Shown piece after piece: positions 1 through 9,651 of a DNA stretch of 32,000 bases. Each line of letters starts with the position of its first letter. Position 1 is the first letter of the stretch. The translations under genes were made by a program, and so were the position numbers. Origin of the DNA: Candidatus Saccharimonadota bacterium (GTDB lineage Bacteria > Bacillota_I > Bacilli_A > Mycoplasmatales > Hepatoplasmataceae); NCBI GenBank assembly GCA_027925325.1, contig AP027133.1, positions 210,001-242,000 of the forward strand. Reading direction: 5' to 3'. The notes under the pieces are model-generated. The model made no database searches and was not told where the DNA came from. It was given only the letters and a program-made list of their open reading frames with translations.

Positions 1-1
1 T

Positions 2-598
2 CAATTAACCGATCTGGGAAGAGGATTTACATATCGATCAAAAGATATTTTTCTTGATATGCGAATGGATCAAAAAAATCAAAAATTAACGGCGTCAATG
101 ATTTTAAATACCTATCCAGAAGAAAAATTACTTTTTATTTTTAAAAAATATGCAGAAGAAAAATTAGCAAAAAAATTGGTACAAGCGATTATTGAATATC
201 GAAATGAGAAAAAAATTGTTTTTAATCATCAATTAAATGAAATAATTGTAAAAATAAAACCTTATAATAAACAAAAAAATCGCTTTCGAAATATTTATCA
301 AGGATTAAGAATAGAAGTTAATAATGAAATTGATGCCATTTCAAAATCTCTTTTAGAAGCTGCTGAGCTTTTAAATAAAAATGGCAGAATTTTAGTAATT
401 ACTTTCCATTCTCTTGAAGATCGAATTGTGAAAAATATTTTCTTTAAATTTAAGAATCTTAAAAAAGAAACACAATATCAAATTATTAGAAATTTTCGAA
501 CTTTAAAAACGGTTTATCCATCTAAAAAAGAAATTGAGAAAAATAATTCTTCTCGTTCATCAAGAATGCGAATTTTAGAAAAAATCAATGAATTCTAA
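2..598 (+). CDS. rsmH: 16S rRNA (cytosine1402-N4)-methyltransferase RsmH/MraW, C-terminal part (5' end lies outside the window)
   Basis: The frame is open from the window edge. The translation starts QLTDLGRGFTYRSKDIFLDMRMD and contains ITFHSLEDRIVKN, both conserved RsmH motifs. TAA stop at 596-598. The gene sits directly upstream of ftsZ, as in dcw clusters. Confidence 0.85.
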   Translation, partial: QLTDLGRGFTYRSKDIFLDMRMDQKNQKLTASMILNTYPEEKLLFIFKKYAEEKLAKKLVQAIIEYRNEKKIVFNHQLNEIIVKIKPYNKQKNRFRNIYQGLRIEVNNEIDAISKSLLEAAELLNKNGRILVITFHSLEDRIVKNIFFKFKNLKKETQYQIIRNFRTLKTVYPSKKEIEKNNSSRSSRMRILEKINEF

Positions 599-725
599 AA
601 AAAATTAAATTTTATTAAATAAAATTTAAATTAATAAAAATTATTAAAAAAAACATTTAGATATTATAATTATATTTAATGTTTATTGTAATATTTATTA
701 TGTAAAGGAATTTTCAAAAATTTAT

Positions 726-1916
726 ATGAATTTTAAAACAACTGAATTTGATAAATTCACAGCCGACGAGGATCGCGGTGCACGTATAAAAATCTTTGGT
801 ATTGGAGGCGGAGGATCTAATGCTGTAAATAAAATGATTGAAGCCAAAATTACAGGACTAGATTTTTATGTTGCTAATACCGATGTACAGGCATTGAATG
901 ATTCAAAGGTAAAATCAGAAAATAGAATCGCACTAGGAAAAAATTTAACAAAAGGACTAGGCGCAGGAGCAAATCCTGATATAGGAACAAAAGCAGCACA
1001 AGAATCAATTGAAGATATGAAAAATATCATTAAGGATACTGATCTTGTATTTATTGCCGCTGGAATGGGTGGAGGAACAGGAACCGGAGCCGCTCCTATT
1101 ATTGCAAAAGCAGCAAGAGATTTAGGATGTCTTGTTGTGGGAATTGTTACTACACCATTTGATTTTGAAGGGAAAGCAAGATCACTTAATGCTAAGATTG
1201 GTTTAAAAGCTTTAAAAGAAAATGTTGATTCTATAATTGTTGTTTCTAATAATCGTTTGTTAGCTGAACTTGGTGATTTTTCAATTACTGATGCCTTTAA
1301 ATTTTCCGATGCAACTTTAAAAAATGCTGTTCGAACAATTACAGATTTAATTAATAAGCATTCACTTATCAATTTAGATTTTGCTGATGTAAAAGCTGTT
1401 CTTGCAAATCAAGGATTATCTTTAATTGGAACAGGAAAAGCATCAGGAGAAGATGGGGCGGTAGAGGCAGCAATCAATGCTATTCAATCACCTATCTTAG
1501 AATCATCAATTGAAGGGGCTAAAAATGCAATTGTTAATGTATTGGGTTCACCAACTTCACTTACATTAAAACAAGCACAAGAAGCTGTACAGACAATTAA
1601 AGAAGCAGCAAATTCAAATGTTGATGTTATCTTTGGTGTTACGATTAACGAAGATATGGGAGAAGAAATCGTTGTATCTGTAATTGCTACAGGATTATCA
1701 CAGATCAAAGATTTTGATTTTGATAGTGTTACTATCAATCCAGCTATCCAAAAAGATAATTTTGAAGATTCCGATCTAGAGACATTTAAACAAGTAATTA
1801 CACAAGAGATGAATTTACGCGGAAAGAAAGCAAAAAACCAAAAAGAATTAGATTTACAATTAACTAAGGAGGAAACAGATATTTTCTCAGGATTATCTCT
1901 TTTAGATGATGAGTAA
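726..1916 (+). CDS. ftsZ: Cell division GTPase FtsZ (396 aa)
   Basis: Uninterrupted ORF. It carries the tubulin/FtsZ signatures GIGGGGSNAVNKM and AGMGGGTGTGAAP, and an acidic C-terminal tail. SD-like AAAGGA lies upstream. Confidence 0.97.
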   Translation: MNFKTTEFDKFTADEDRGARIKIFGIGGGGSNAVNKMIEAKITGLDFYVANTDVQALNDSKVKSENRIALGKNLTKGLGAGANPDIGTKAAQESIEDMKNIIKDTDLVFIAAGMGGGTGTGAAPIIAKAARDLGCLVVGIVTTPFDFEGKARSLNAKIGLKALKENVDSIIVVSNNRLLAELGDFSITDAFKFSDATLKNAVRTITDLINKHSLINLDFADVKAVLANQGLSLIGTGKASGEDGAVEAAINAIQSPILESSIEGAKNAIVNVLGSPTSLTLKQAQEAVQTIKEAANSNVDVIFGVTINEDMGEEIVVSVIATGLSQIKDFDFDSVTINPAIQKDNFEDSDLETFKQVITQEMNLRGKKAKNQKELDLQLTKEETDIFSGLSLLDDE

Positions 1917-1928
1917 ATAGTAAGTTTT

Positions 1929-2273
1929 ATGAGTAAAAATTCTTTAAATCAACAACAAACAATTGAGTTGAATCGTTTACTTTTAATGAAAAGCAATCGA
2001 ATTGAAAAAAAAGCATATCGAAGAGCAGAACTTGTAAGGATAAATCCTAAATCCTTTAAGGATGCAAAACAAGTTGCAAAGGAACTTAAAAATTATAATG
2101 CTGTAATTATAAATTTTGAAAAAGTTACCGATAAGGAAGCAACAAGAATAATGGATTTTCTTTCTGGAGTTTTATATGCAATGGGAGGAAAACACAAACG
2201 TCTTACCGATCGAAGTTTTTTTCTTACTCCTATTCCTAATTTGTCAGAAAAATTTTCAACAAGCATAGAATAA
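1929..2273 (+). CDS. sepF: SepF-like (DUF552) FtsZ-interacting division protein (114 aa)
   Basis: Starts 12 nt after the ftsZ stop. The core AVIINFEKVTDKEATRIMDFLSGVLYAMGGKHKRLTDRSFFLTP matches the SepF family pattern. Confidence 0.8.
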   Translation: MSKNSLNQQQTIELNRLLLMKSNRIEKKAYRRAELVRINPKSFKDAKQVAKELKNYNAVIINFEKVTDKEATRIMDFLSGVLYAMGGKHKRLTDRSFFLTPIPNLSEKFSTSIE

Positions 2274-2365
2274 ATAATAAAAACTAAGAGAAATCTTATT
2301 TTTTATTGAAAAAATATATAATTCTTTTGATTTAATTTTATTAAAAATAGAGGATTATATTTTTT

Positions 2366-4063
2366 ATGCGCGCAATAAATTTAAGATTAAAAGATTATTT
2401 TAAGCAAAAATATTTTGATATTCCAATTTTTCAAAGAAAATATGTTTGGAAAAAAAATGAAATAGATGAGTTATATGATGATTTTAGTATTTCTTGATCA
2501 CTTGAAAAAAACATAAATATTTTTTTGGGAAGTATTTTTTTACAAAAAGATAAAGAATGAAATTTAATAATAGATGGGCAACAAAGAACAATTTTTTTGT
2601 ATATATTATTTATTTGTTTTAGGGATTTTATAAAAAAATTTAAATTGAATGATGAAGAAAAAAAAGATTTTTTTTTATCAAATTGTTCTTTCGATCAAAA
2701 AAAAATTTATACAGAAATATTAGATTGATTTGATAATGATTTTGAACTTATTAAAATAAAATATTATAATAGTGATTTAATTTGAAGTGACAATAAAAAA
2801 TTATTTTTTCTTGACGGTGAAAAATTTTCTGAAATGAACACTCAGTTTTCTCACTTAAAGCAAAAATTAGAATTTAAAGATATAAAAGATATTATATCCT
2901 TTGCTTTTTTTATTTTGAATAATGTTAATGTTACATTGAATGAAATTGATTCTAATGATTCAATAAATGATATATTTGAATCAATTAATTCTAAAGGCAA
3001 AAAATTAACTATTTTAGATTTAATTAGAAATGATTTTTATAAAGAAAATAATGAATTATTAAATAAATTAGATGATATTCTTAAAAGAGCAAAAATTAAT
3101 AATAATACATTAGAAAATATTTTAAATGTATTTGTTACACTGAACAGATCTAGATTTTTTCAAAAAAAATTTGTTTATAAAGAATTAAAGGAAATTTTTA
3201 AAGAAGATAAAAATAAGATATATGATTTATTGGAAATGATTATTTTTTATTGTAATTTTATTTTAAAAAAAATTGATGAAAATAATTGTTTTGAAAAATG
3301 AATTTTTTTTATTGGGGAAAAGTTTAATTTAAAACAATTTTTAAAAATTTTCTTTCTTTATATTTGAAAAAATAAAAATAGTGAATTTGATTATTTTTTT
3401 ATTAGAAAGTTATTATTAAGTATGATTTATTTTATAAATTTGAAAAATAATAGAGCAAATGAAATTGAGAAATTAATGATAAACAGAAATAATAAATTTA
3501 TTAATTATGTTTTAAATAATAATGAATCAGGAATGGAAAAATTTAATTTTTGGTTTAAAAATGATTATCAAAATTTTATAAATATTGATGATTTCAAAAA
3601 AGATAAGAAAATTCTTTATTTATTTTATTTTTTAAATATAAAAGTAAAAGATGATGCAAAATATTATTGAAATATAGTAAATAATGATTTTGAATATGTT
3701 TATTCAAAATCATTATTTGAAAAAAATAGTTTTGATTGATCTGAAGAATTAGGAAATATTATTTTTTATAATCATAAAAAGAACAAAAATAATAATTTTA
3801 ATTATAAAGAAAAATTAATTAAATTTTATAATGATCCTTATGGTCAATATTGTATTACTTATAAAGGAATAAAAGGTGACCCTGTTTATATAATGTACAA
3901 TTATATAATTGAAGAAAAGGGAGAAATTTGAAATTATGAAATTGTCAAAAATAGAACAAAAGAAATCTTAGATAATATAAAACAAAAATTTATTGAAGTT
4001 TTTTATATCGACAAAAAAAATATTGATATAGAACTTAGTTATTTTGATGATATTTCATCTTAA
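2366..4063 (+). CDS. DUF262 (ParB-like/GmrSD N-terminal) protein with a degenerate DUF1524-like C-terminus (565 aa, table 4)
   Basis: One continuous frame once in-frame TGA codons are read as Trp; it joins track ORFs 2834-3301 and 3422-3670. The N-terminus has IPIFQRKYVW and IIDGQQR, the DUF262 hallmarks. The C-terminus has FEYVYSKS...ELGNIIFYNHKKN, which resembles the DUF1524 EHIxP...LGNLxLL..N pattern but has Tyr where the His is expected. TAA at 4061-4063. Confidence 0.72.
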
Positions 4064-4183
4064 TAATTAATTATCTTTAAATTTTATTAAAATTATTTTT
4101 GTTAAGTGCATTTAAAATATATTTATAAATATTGGGTTGCATTTTTTGCAGATATATTATAAATTTAATTTAAAAATAATATA

Positions 4184-4708
4184 TTACGTTTCTATTAATA
4201 TTTTAAATAATTTAAATTTAGTAACAATAATAGGTTCTTCTCAATTTAGATAGCAAATATTATTATTAATTTCTATTCTTTTAAGATTAGATCTTCTTTT
4301 AGATGAAATTTGAAAGAGAATAATTTTATGATTGCTAAGAGTGTTCGGATTTTTTATATAATAAGGTCTTATTTTGTTTTCAGAGTCTTTGTATTTATAA
4401 TCTAAAATTTTATTATCATTAAGATAAATTATCCTTTTTGCTTCGATTTTAAAAGATGCATTTACATATTTTTTAAATTTTCTTTTAAGATTTGTGAAAT
4501 ATTTTATATCTCCTTTTTTGATCAAAAAATTATCATATCTCAATTTATATTCTTTCTCATTTATTATTTTTTTATATTTAATGAATTTTTTATACTTATC
4601 TGTTCACTTTTTAAATTGAATTAAAATATTTTCATCTACAGAATCAGTAATTCAAATTTTAAATTTTATATTCGAGAGATCAAATTTATCATTATACTTA
4701 TTCTGCAT
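4184..4708 (-). CDS. Hypothetical protein, paralog A of the 5674-6225 product (174 aa)
   Basis: ATG at 4708, two TGA=Trp codons upstream of track ORF 4241-4543 and a third at that ORF's apparent stop (4241-4243), true stop TAA at 4184-4186. It aligns along its whole length with the 5674-6225 protein (MQNK..., IKYFTNLK.KFKKY.NAS, YLNDNKILDYKYKDSENKIRPYYI, KFKLFK). I recognise no known domain. Confidence 0.6.
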
Positions 4709-4802
4709 TTCATTAATTAAATTTAAAATTTATAATTCTTAACATTAACATTTAATCTACAATCTCCCTTATAAAAAAATTATATTATTTATTTTTTAAA
4801 TT

Positions 4803-4828
4803 AAAAAAACAGAGAATTATCTCTCTGT
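4803..4828 (-). terminator. Rho-independent terminator candidate downstream of SDR paralog 1
   Basis: 7-bp stem ACAGAGA/TCTCTGT (4809-4815 and 4822-4828) with a 6-nt loop. On the minus strand it is followed by a T6 run (A6 at 4803-4808). A T-rich run also follows on the plus strand, so it may act in both directions. Confidence 0.5.
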
Positions 4829-4896
4829 TTTTGTCTTTTTATTATTTATTAAAAAATTTAAATTAATATATTAATTTATAATTTTATTTTGCTAAA

Positions 4897-5655
4897 TTAG
4901 ACTCAAATAATATCTTGATATTTTCCATCGGTGAAATTTAATTTATTATCTTTTACAATAGCTAAAATATGATCATTTTTGCATAATTGATAAGCCTCTT
5001 CTGCTAATTCTTGTGCTTGTTTACGATCTTTTTGATGTCTAATTTTTTCCTTTGTTGCACTTTCTATTTTGCTATCTTTAAAGGCAATTTGTTCAAATTC
5101 ACTCTCTGTTGCAGCTGGTGCTAATACTTTTACCTTAATTTTCTTATTTAATTTTTGCAATTGTCTTGCGACACCTTCGGTTCAAGCACTTACAAAAAAT
5201 TTAGAAGCAGAATAAGTAAGAGCAGCTGAGAAAAGATTATAACCAACGACAGATGAGACATTTATCAATTGCACATCTTTATCTAAATTATCTTTAATAA
5301 ACATCATTGATAATAAAGTTAGGGCTTTGATATTTAAATCAAGTATCTTTTCTGTTTTAGCAAGATCTGATTCTCATACCAAATTCATATCGCCCATTCC
5401 GGCATTGTTTATAAAGATTTCGATTGGATATTTTTTAATATCATTGTAAAAAGTTATCACATTTTGGGAATTAGATAAATCACATTTGTAAACGATAACT
5501 TTTACCTTATATTTATTTTCAAGATCGTCTTTTAATTTATTTAATAATTGCTCTCTTCTTGCCACAATTATTAAATTATGTCCCTCTTTTGCAAACTTTT
5601 CTGCTAAAGCTTTTCCGATTCCGGCACTCGCACCGGTAATTAATGTATATTTCAT
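4897..5655 (-). CDS. Short-chain dehydrogenase/reductase (classical SDR), paralog 1 (252 aa if started at ATG 5655)
   Basis: Joins track ORFs 5374-5655 and 4903-5160 through TGA=Trp codons. Motifs: TGASAGIGKA (TGxxxGxG), NNAG, and S...YSASK (YxxxK). It ends ...DIIWV with TAA at 4897-4899. There is no canonical SD upstream, and it is in frame with the upstream ORF (see findings). Confidence 0.85.
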
Positions 5656-5673
5656 ATTTTTTTCACTTTCACA

Positions 5674-6225
5674 TCATATCTTGATTTTTTTACGATTAAA
5701 ATCAGATTCAATTATATTTTTAAATAATTTAAATTTATTTACGGTAATTGGTTCTTCTGAATTTAAATAACAGGTATGATTATTTATTTCAATTTTTTTT
5801 AAACTAGTTCTCTCTTTTGAAGAAATTTGATATATTACAACCTTATGATTACTTTTGGTATTAGGATCATTTATATAGTAAGGTCTTATCTTGTTTTCAG
5901 AATCCTTATATTTATAATCTAATATCTTATTATCATTTAGATAAATTATTTCTTGTTCTCTTACTTTTAAACTTGCATTTATATATTTTTTAAACTTCTT
6001 TTTTAAATTTGTAAAGTATTTTATATCATCTTTTGCAATTAAGTAATTATCATAATTTTCTCTATATTTATTTTGATCATCGATTCTTTTATATTCAATA
6101 AAATTTTGATATTTATCAGTCCAATTTCTAAATTTTTTTAAAATATCTTTATTTATTGAGTTTAAAATAAAGACCTTAAATTTTAATTCTAAAAAATTAA
6201 ATTTAGAAAAATTTTTATTTTGCAT
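5674..6225 (-). CDS. Hypothetical protein, paralog B. Its apparent stop is a TGA, so in table 4 it reads through into SDR paralog 1
   Basis: I chose ATG at 6225 (MQNKNFSKF...) by alignment with paralog A, not the TTG at 6243 used by the track. The codon at 5674-5676 is TGA, and six sense codons then lead to the SDR ATG at 5655 in the same frame. Confidence 0.6.
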   Translation of the reverse strand: MQNKNFSKFNFLELKFKVFILNSINKDILKKFRNWTDKYQNFIEYKRIDDQNKYRENYDNYLIAKDDIKYFTNLKKKFKKYINASLKVREQEIIYLNDNKILDYKYKDSENKIRPYYINDPNTKSNHKVVIYQISSKERTSLKKIEINNHTCYLNSEEPITVNKFKLFKNIIESDFNRKKIKI

Positions 6226-6233
6226 TTTAGATG

Positions 6234-6998
6234 TTAAATTCAACGGATATTATCATATTTTCCGTTTGATAATTTTAAATTGTTATCTTCAATTATGCCA
6301 AGAATTTTATCATTCTTATATAATTTATAACCTTCATTTGCTAAATCCTTTGCAGATTTAGCTCTTAATTTTTTTTGTTTTTTGTAAGCATTAATTTCTC
6401 AATGCTTATTTTTACTATGAATTAAAGCTTTTTCAATAAATTCACTTTCGGTAGTTGAGGGTGCTAATACTTTTACCTTAATTTTTTTATTTAATCGTTT
6501 TAATTGTTTTGCAACACTTTCTGTTCATGAGGCGACAAATACTTTGGAGGCAGAATAAGTAATCTCACCTGAGATAATATTATATCCTGCAGTAGAAGAA
6601 ACATTTATTAATTGCACATCTTTATCCAAATTATCTTTAATAAACATAATTGAAAGAGTTGTTAAGGCTTTGATATTTAAATCAAGCATTTTTTCAATTT
6701 TTTTAATATCAGAATTTCAAGGAAGATTTACATCACCTGATCCAGCATTATTTATAAATACTTCAATATCATATTCTTTAGTTTTCGCATAAAATTTTTG
6801 TACTTCATCTGAATCTAAGAGATCAACCGTATAAATAATAATATCAACATTATATTTATCTTTTAATTCTCCCTTAATAATTTTTAATAAATTAGTTCTT
6901 CTCGCTGCTAATATTAAATTGTGCCCTTCTTTTGCAAACTTTTCTGCTAACGCCTTTCCAATTCCAGAACTTGCTCCGGTAATTAAAACATATTTCAT
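6234..6998 (-). CDS. Short-chain dehydrogenase/reductase, paralog 2 (254 aa)
   Basis: I hand-translated it continuously from ATG 6998 with TGA=Trp. Motifs: TGASSGIGKA, NNAG, YSASK. It ends ...NIRWI with TAA at 6234-6236. Strong SD (AAAGGAG) upstream. Confidence 0.87.
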
Positions 6999-7050
6999 TT
7001 CTAATCTCCTTTCCCTAAATAAATTATATTATTATTTATAAATTAATTAA

Positions 7051-7076
7051 AAAGCAGTGAATTAATTCACTGCTTT
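7051..7076 (-). terminator. Perfect 26-nt palindrome / hairpin between SDR paralogs 3 and 2
   Basis: AAAGCAGTGAATT/AATTCACTGCTTT is self-complementary and flanked by T/A-rich runs on both strands. It lies 250 nt downstream of the SDR3 stop and 52 nt upstream of the SDR2 start. Confidence 0.4.
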
Positions 7077-7325
7077 CATTTTTAGAATTTTAAATCACAA
7101 GCTAGATTTCTAAAATAAATGACCTATTTTTTTTAAACATATTTAGCAATAATTATATACTTATAATTTATTTGTCTTTATAAAATTATCTCGCATAAAT
7201 AGAGAAAGTTATTACTAATATTTAATTTTATATTAAAATTAATATCCTTTTAAAATTGATTTTTAGGGTTGTGTATGATCTCCAAATCTAATATTATTTT
7301 TATTTATTTTATTTTTATAAATATT

Positions 7326-8087
7326 TTAAAACATATTAAATCATTTATTTTTTAATTTAAATTTATTTGTAAATGGATTTACAATTCCAATTACTTTATC
7401 GCTTTGATATAACTGGTATGTAAAATAAGCTAATTCATCTGCATTTTTGAAACGACTTTCGGTTCTTTTTTTTGCTTCTGAAACATCCTTTTCATTTAGT
7501 TTTGTTTTTTTGAAAGCACGTTCAAAAAATTCTGTTTTTGTTGGGCCAGGAGCTAATATTTTTACTTTTAATTTAGCCTTTTCTTGTTTTAGGAATCTTG
7601 CAATTCCTTCACTAAATGTTGAAACATAGAATTTAGTAGAAGAATATGCTATTCCATTTGATCAAATAAAATATCCTGCTGTTGAAGCTACATTTATGAT
7701 TTGTGTTTCTTTATTTAAGTTATCTTTAATAAAAAGTAATGATAAGTCGGTTAGGGTTTTGATATTTAGATCTAACATTTTATTGATCTTTAAAATATCA
7801 CTTTCTCAAGGTTTATTAATGTCACCAAATCCGGCATTATTTATCAAAACCTCAAGATCATATTTTTTAATTTGATCATAAAAATCGAAAACATTATCAG
7901 TAATTGTTAAATCATAAACAAAAACCAATACTTTAACTTCAAATTTTTTTTCAAGATCTTTTTTTAATTCATTTAATAATTCTTCTCGTCTTGCGACAAT
8001 AATGATATTGTGTCCTTTTGCAGCAAAATAAGTTGCTATTGCCTTTCCGATTCCAGAACTAGCGCCAGTTACTACTGTATATTTCAT
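7326..8087 (-). CDS. Short-chain dehydrogenase/reductase, paralog 3 (253 aa)
   Basis: N-terminus from track ORF 7806-8087 (TGASSGIGKA, NNAG), extended through TGA codons. The C-terminus ...KFKLKNKWFNMF ends with TAA at 7326-7328. SD AGGAG upstream. Plus-strand ORF 7447-7629 is an antisense shadow. Confidence 0.85.
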
Positions 8088-8158
8088 TTTTCTCCTATTC
8101 TATTTAAATTATATTATTAATATCTAAATAAAAATAATCATATATATTTTTAATATTT

Positions 8159-8599
8159 TTAACAATTCGTAGGATTATTTTTAGTATTATTTTTTTCCTC
8201 ATTAATATCTTTAATCTGATTTAAAATTCTTATTATTTCTAATTTATCTTTAATAATTTCTTTTTTAATAATTTCCTCTTGCGGACTTCTATTTTGTAAT
8301 TTTTCTATATTATTATAAATTTCTTCATTTACATTTTCTTTAATTTGCTTTAAAATTTTTCTTCTATCTTCAGATAATTCATTTGCTTTTTCTCCTAATT
8401 CATTTGCTTCTTTTCCTAATTTATTTGCTTTTATTCCTAAACCTAAAGACACAGAAGCAATTATTAAAGAAATAATACTTGAAATTAATTGAACTCATTT
8501 TTGATCAATATAAATTGTTAATAATATCAAAAGAAAAACTAAGATAAGAAAAATTATTACAATTCATTTTCATTTTTTAATAAAATTAATTATTTTCAT
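8159..8599 (-). CDS. Small membrane protein: two predicted TM helices plus a coiled-coil C-terminal half (146 aa)
   Basis: ATG at 8599, with three TGA=Trp codons before track ORF 8159-8452. N-terminus: MKIINFIKKWKWIVIIFLILVFLLILLTIYIDQKWVQLISSIISLIIASVSLGLG. This is followed by the tandem KANKLGKEANELGEKANELSED and a heptad-like K/E/I-rich sequence. TAA at 8159-8161. It starts 28 nt after the upstream gene's stop. Confidence 0.6.
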
Positions 8600-8627
8600 T
8601 ATTTTAAATTAATTTTATAATTTTTAT

Positions 8628-9401
8628 TTATCTTATAAATTTATTAAAAAAAGGTTCGTTATATGTGAAATAATTTATGATATCTTTATTATCTATTGGT
8701 GTATGCTTTGAATTAGGTTTATATACTTTTTTTCACGGATCAGTTTTATGACTTTCTTCAATTAAATCGTTTGTTGTGAAATTTCTTAGAACAAGATAGG
8801 CAATTTTGAAGATATTTAAAAAATTTTGCTCATTTTTTAATATTAAATTATCATCAATATCATTATTTGTATATCCATTATCCTTTTTATAAATATTACT
8901 TAAAACAGGACCATTATCAAATGCTCATCATTTTGCTTCTTGATTTTTTTCATTTTTTGAATAAATTTTTTTAAAAATTTCATTTGGATTTTCAAAAATT
9001 CCATAATCTTTGTTTTTGTTTATGGCATAAGCAATCATGAAATATATTAATTTGTGTTTTTTTATTTTATTGTATTTACCTTGTGCAAATATTTCCATTT
9101 CATTTCAAATTAGAAACAACATATTATATATTTTGCTTGATAAATTTTCTTGTTCACTTAATGATTCTTTTCTTTTTAATTTTTCATCAATTTTTCTTGG
9201 ATCAAAATTATTATTATTTTCAAAATTATTAATTAATTGATTAAATTCTTTTTTATTAGGATTTTTGAATTTTTCAAAATTTAAATATTTATTTAAATAA
9301 TCTAACTCTTTTTTTTCTAAGGTTTCACAATAATAATTTTTAATTCTATCGAATTCAATTTTTCTTATTCATGTAAAAAGTTCAATTCCTTTATTTTCCA
9401 T
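8628..9401 (-). CDS. Panacea/DUF4065 (SocA/GepA-like) domain protein with a ~115 aa N-terminal extension (257 aa)
   Basis: Absent from the track because of five in-frame TGA codons. My hand translation gives ...KKHKLIYFMIAYAINK...AKWWAFDNGPVLSNIYKK...LRNFTTNDLIEESHKTDPWKKV. This matches the DUF4065 pattern (KLxKLLYF..., AWxxGPVxxxxY, sHxxxPW). The length of 774 nt is divisible by 3, and AAAGGAAA SD lies upstream. Confidence 0.6.
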
Positions 9402-9651
9402 ATTGATTGTTTTCCTTTTATTGTGTAATTATATATTAATAAGATTTTAGACTATTTCTTATTTTATTTAACTGAATAATAAAAATATATTTTTGATTAT
9501 ATCTAATATAAAATATTTAATTTTTATTTTTTTTTAAAAAAAATTAAAATTACTTTGAAAAGCAAATATTAAAATTAGCTTTTTTAATGGGGATTTAATC
9601 TTTTGTTATTTAAATTAAAATTTTAAAAGATTGAATATAAAAGGGAAATAT

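Noticed and set aside
605-629. Palindrome TTAAATTTTA-TTAAA-TAAAATTTAA after rsmH as a possible terminator
   Set aside because: The stem is made only of A/T pairs and would be very weak. Such palindromes arise by chance in DNA this AT-rich.
866-1738. Minus-strand ORFs 866-1372 and 1484-1738 inside ftsZ
   Set aside because: They are antisense shadows of a clearly identified gene. Their translations are low-complexity, with no motifs or translation signals.
9500-9520. TTGAT-TATA-TCTAA upstream of arcA as a possible FNR/Crp-type (ArcR) site
   Set aside because: The second half-site does not match ATCAA. Chance occurrence is likely in an AT-rich intergenic region, and no Crp/Fnr-family regulator gene is in the window.
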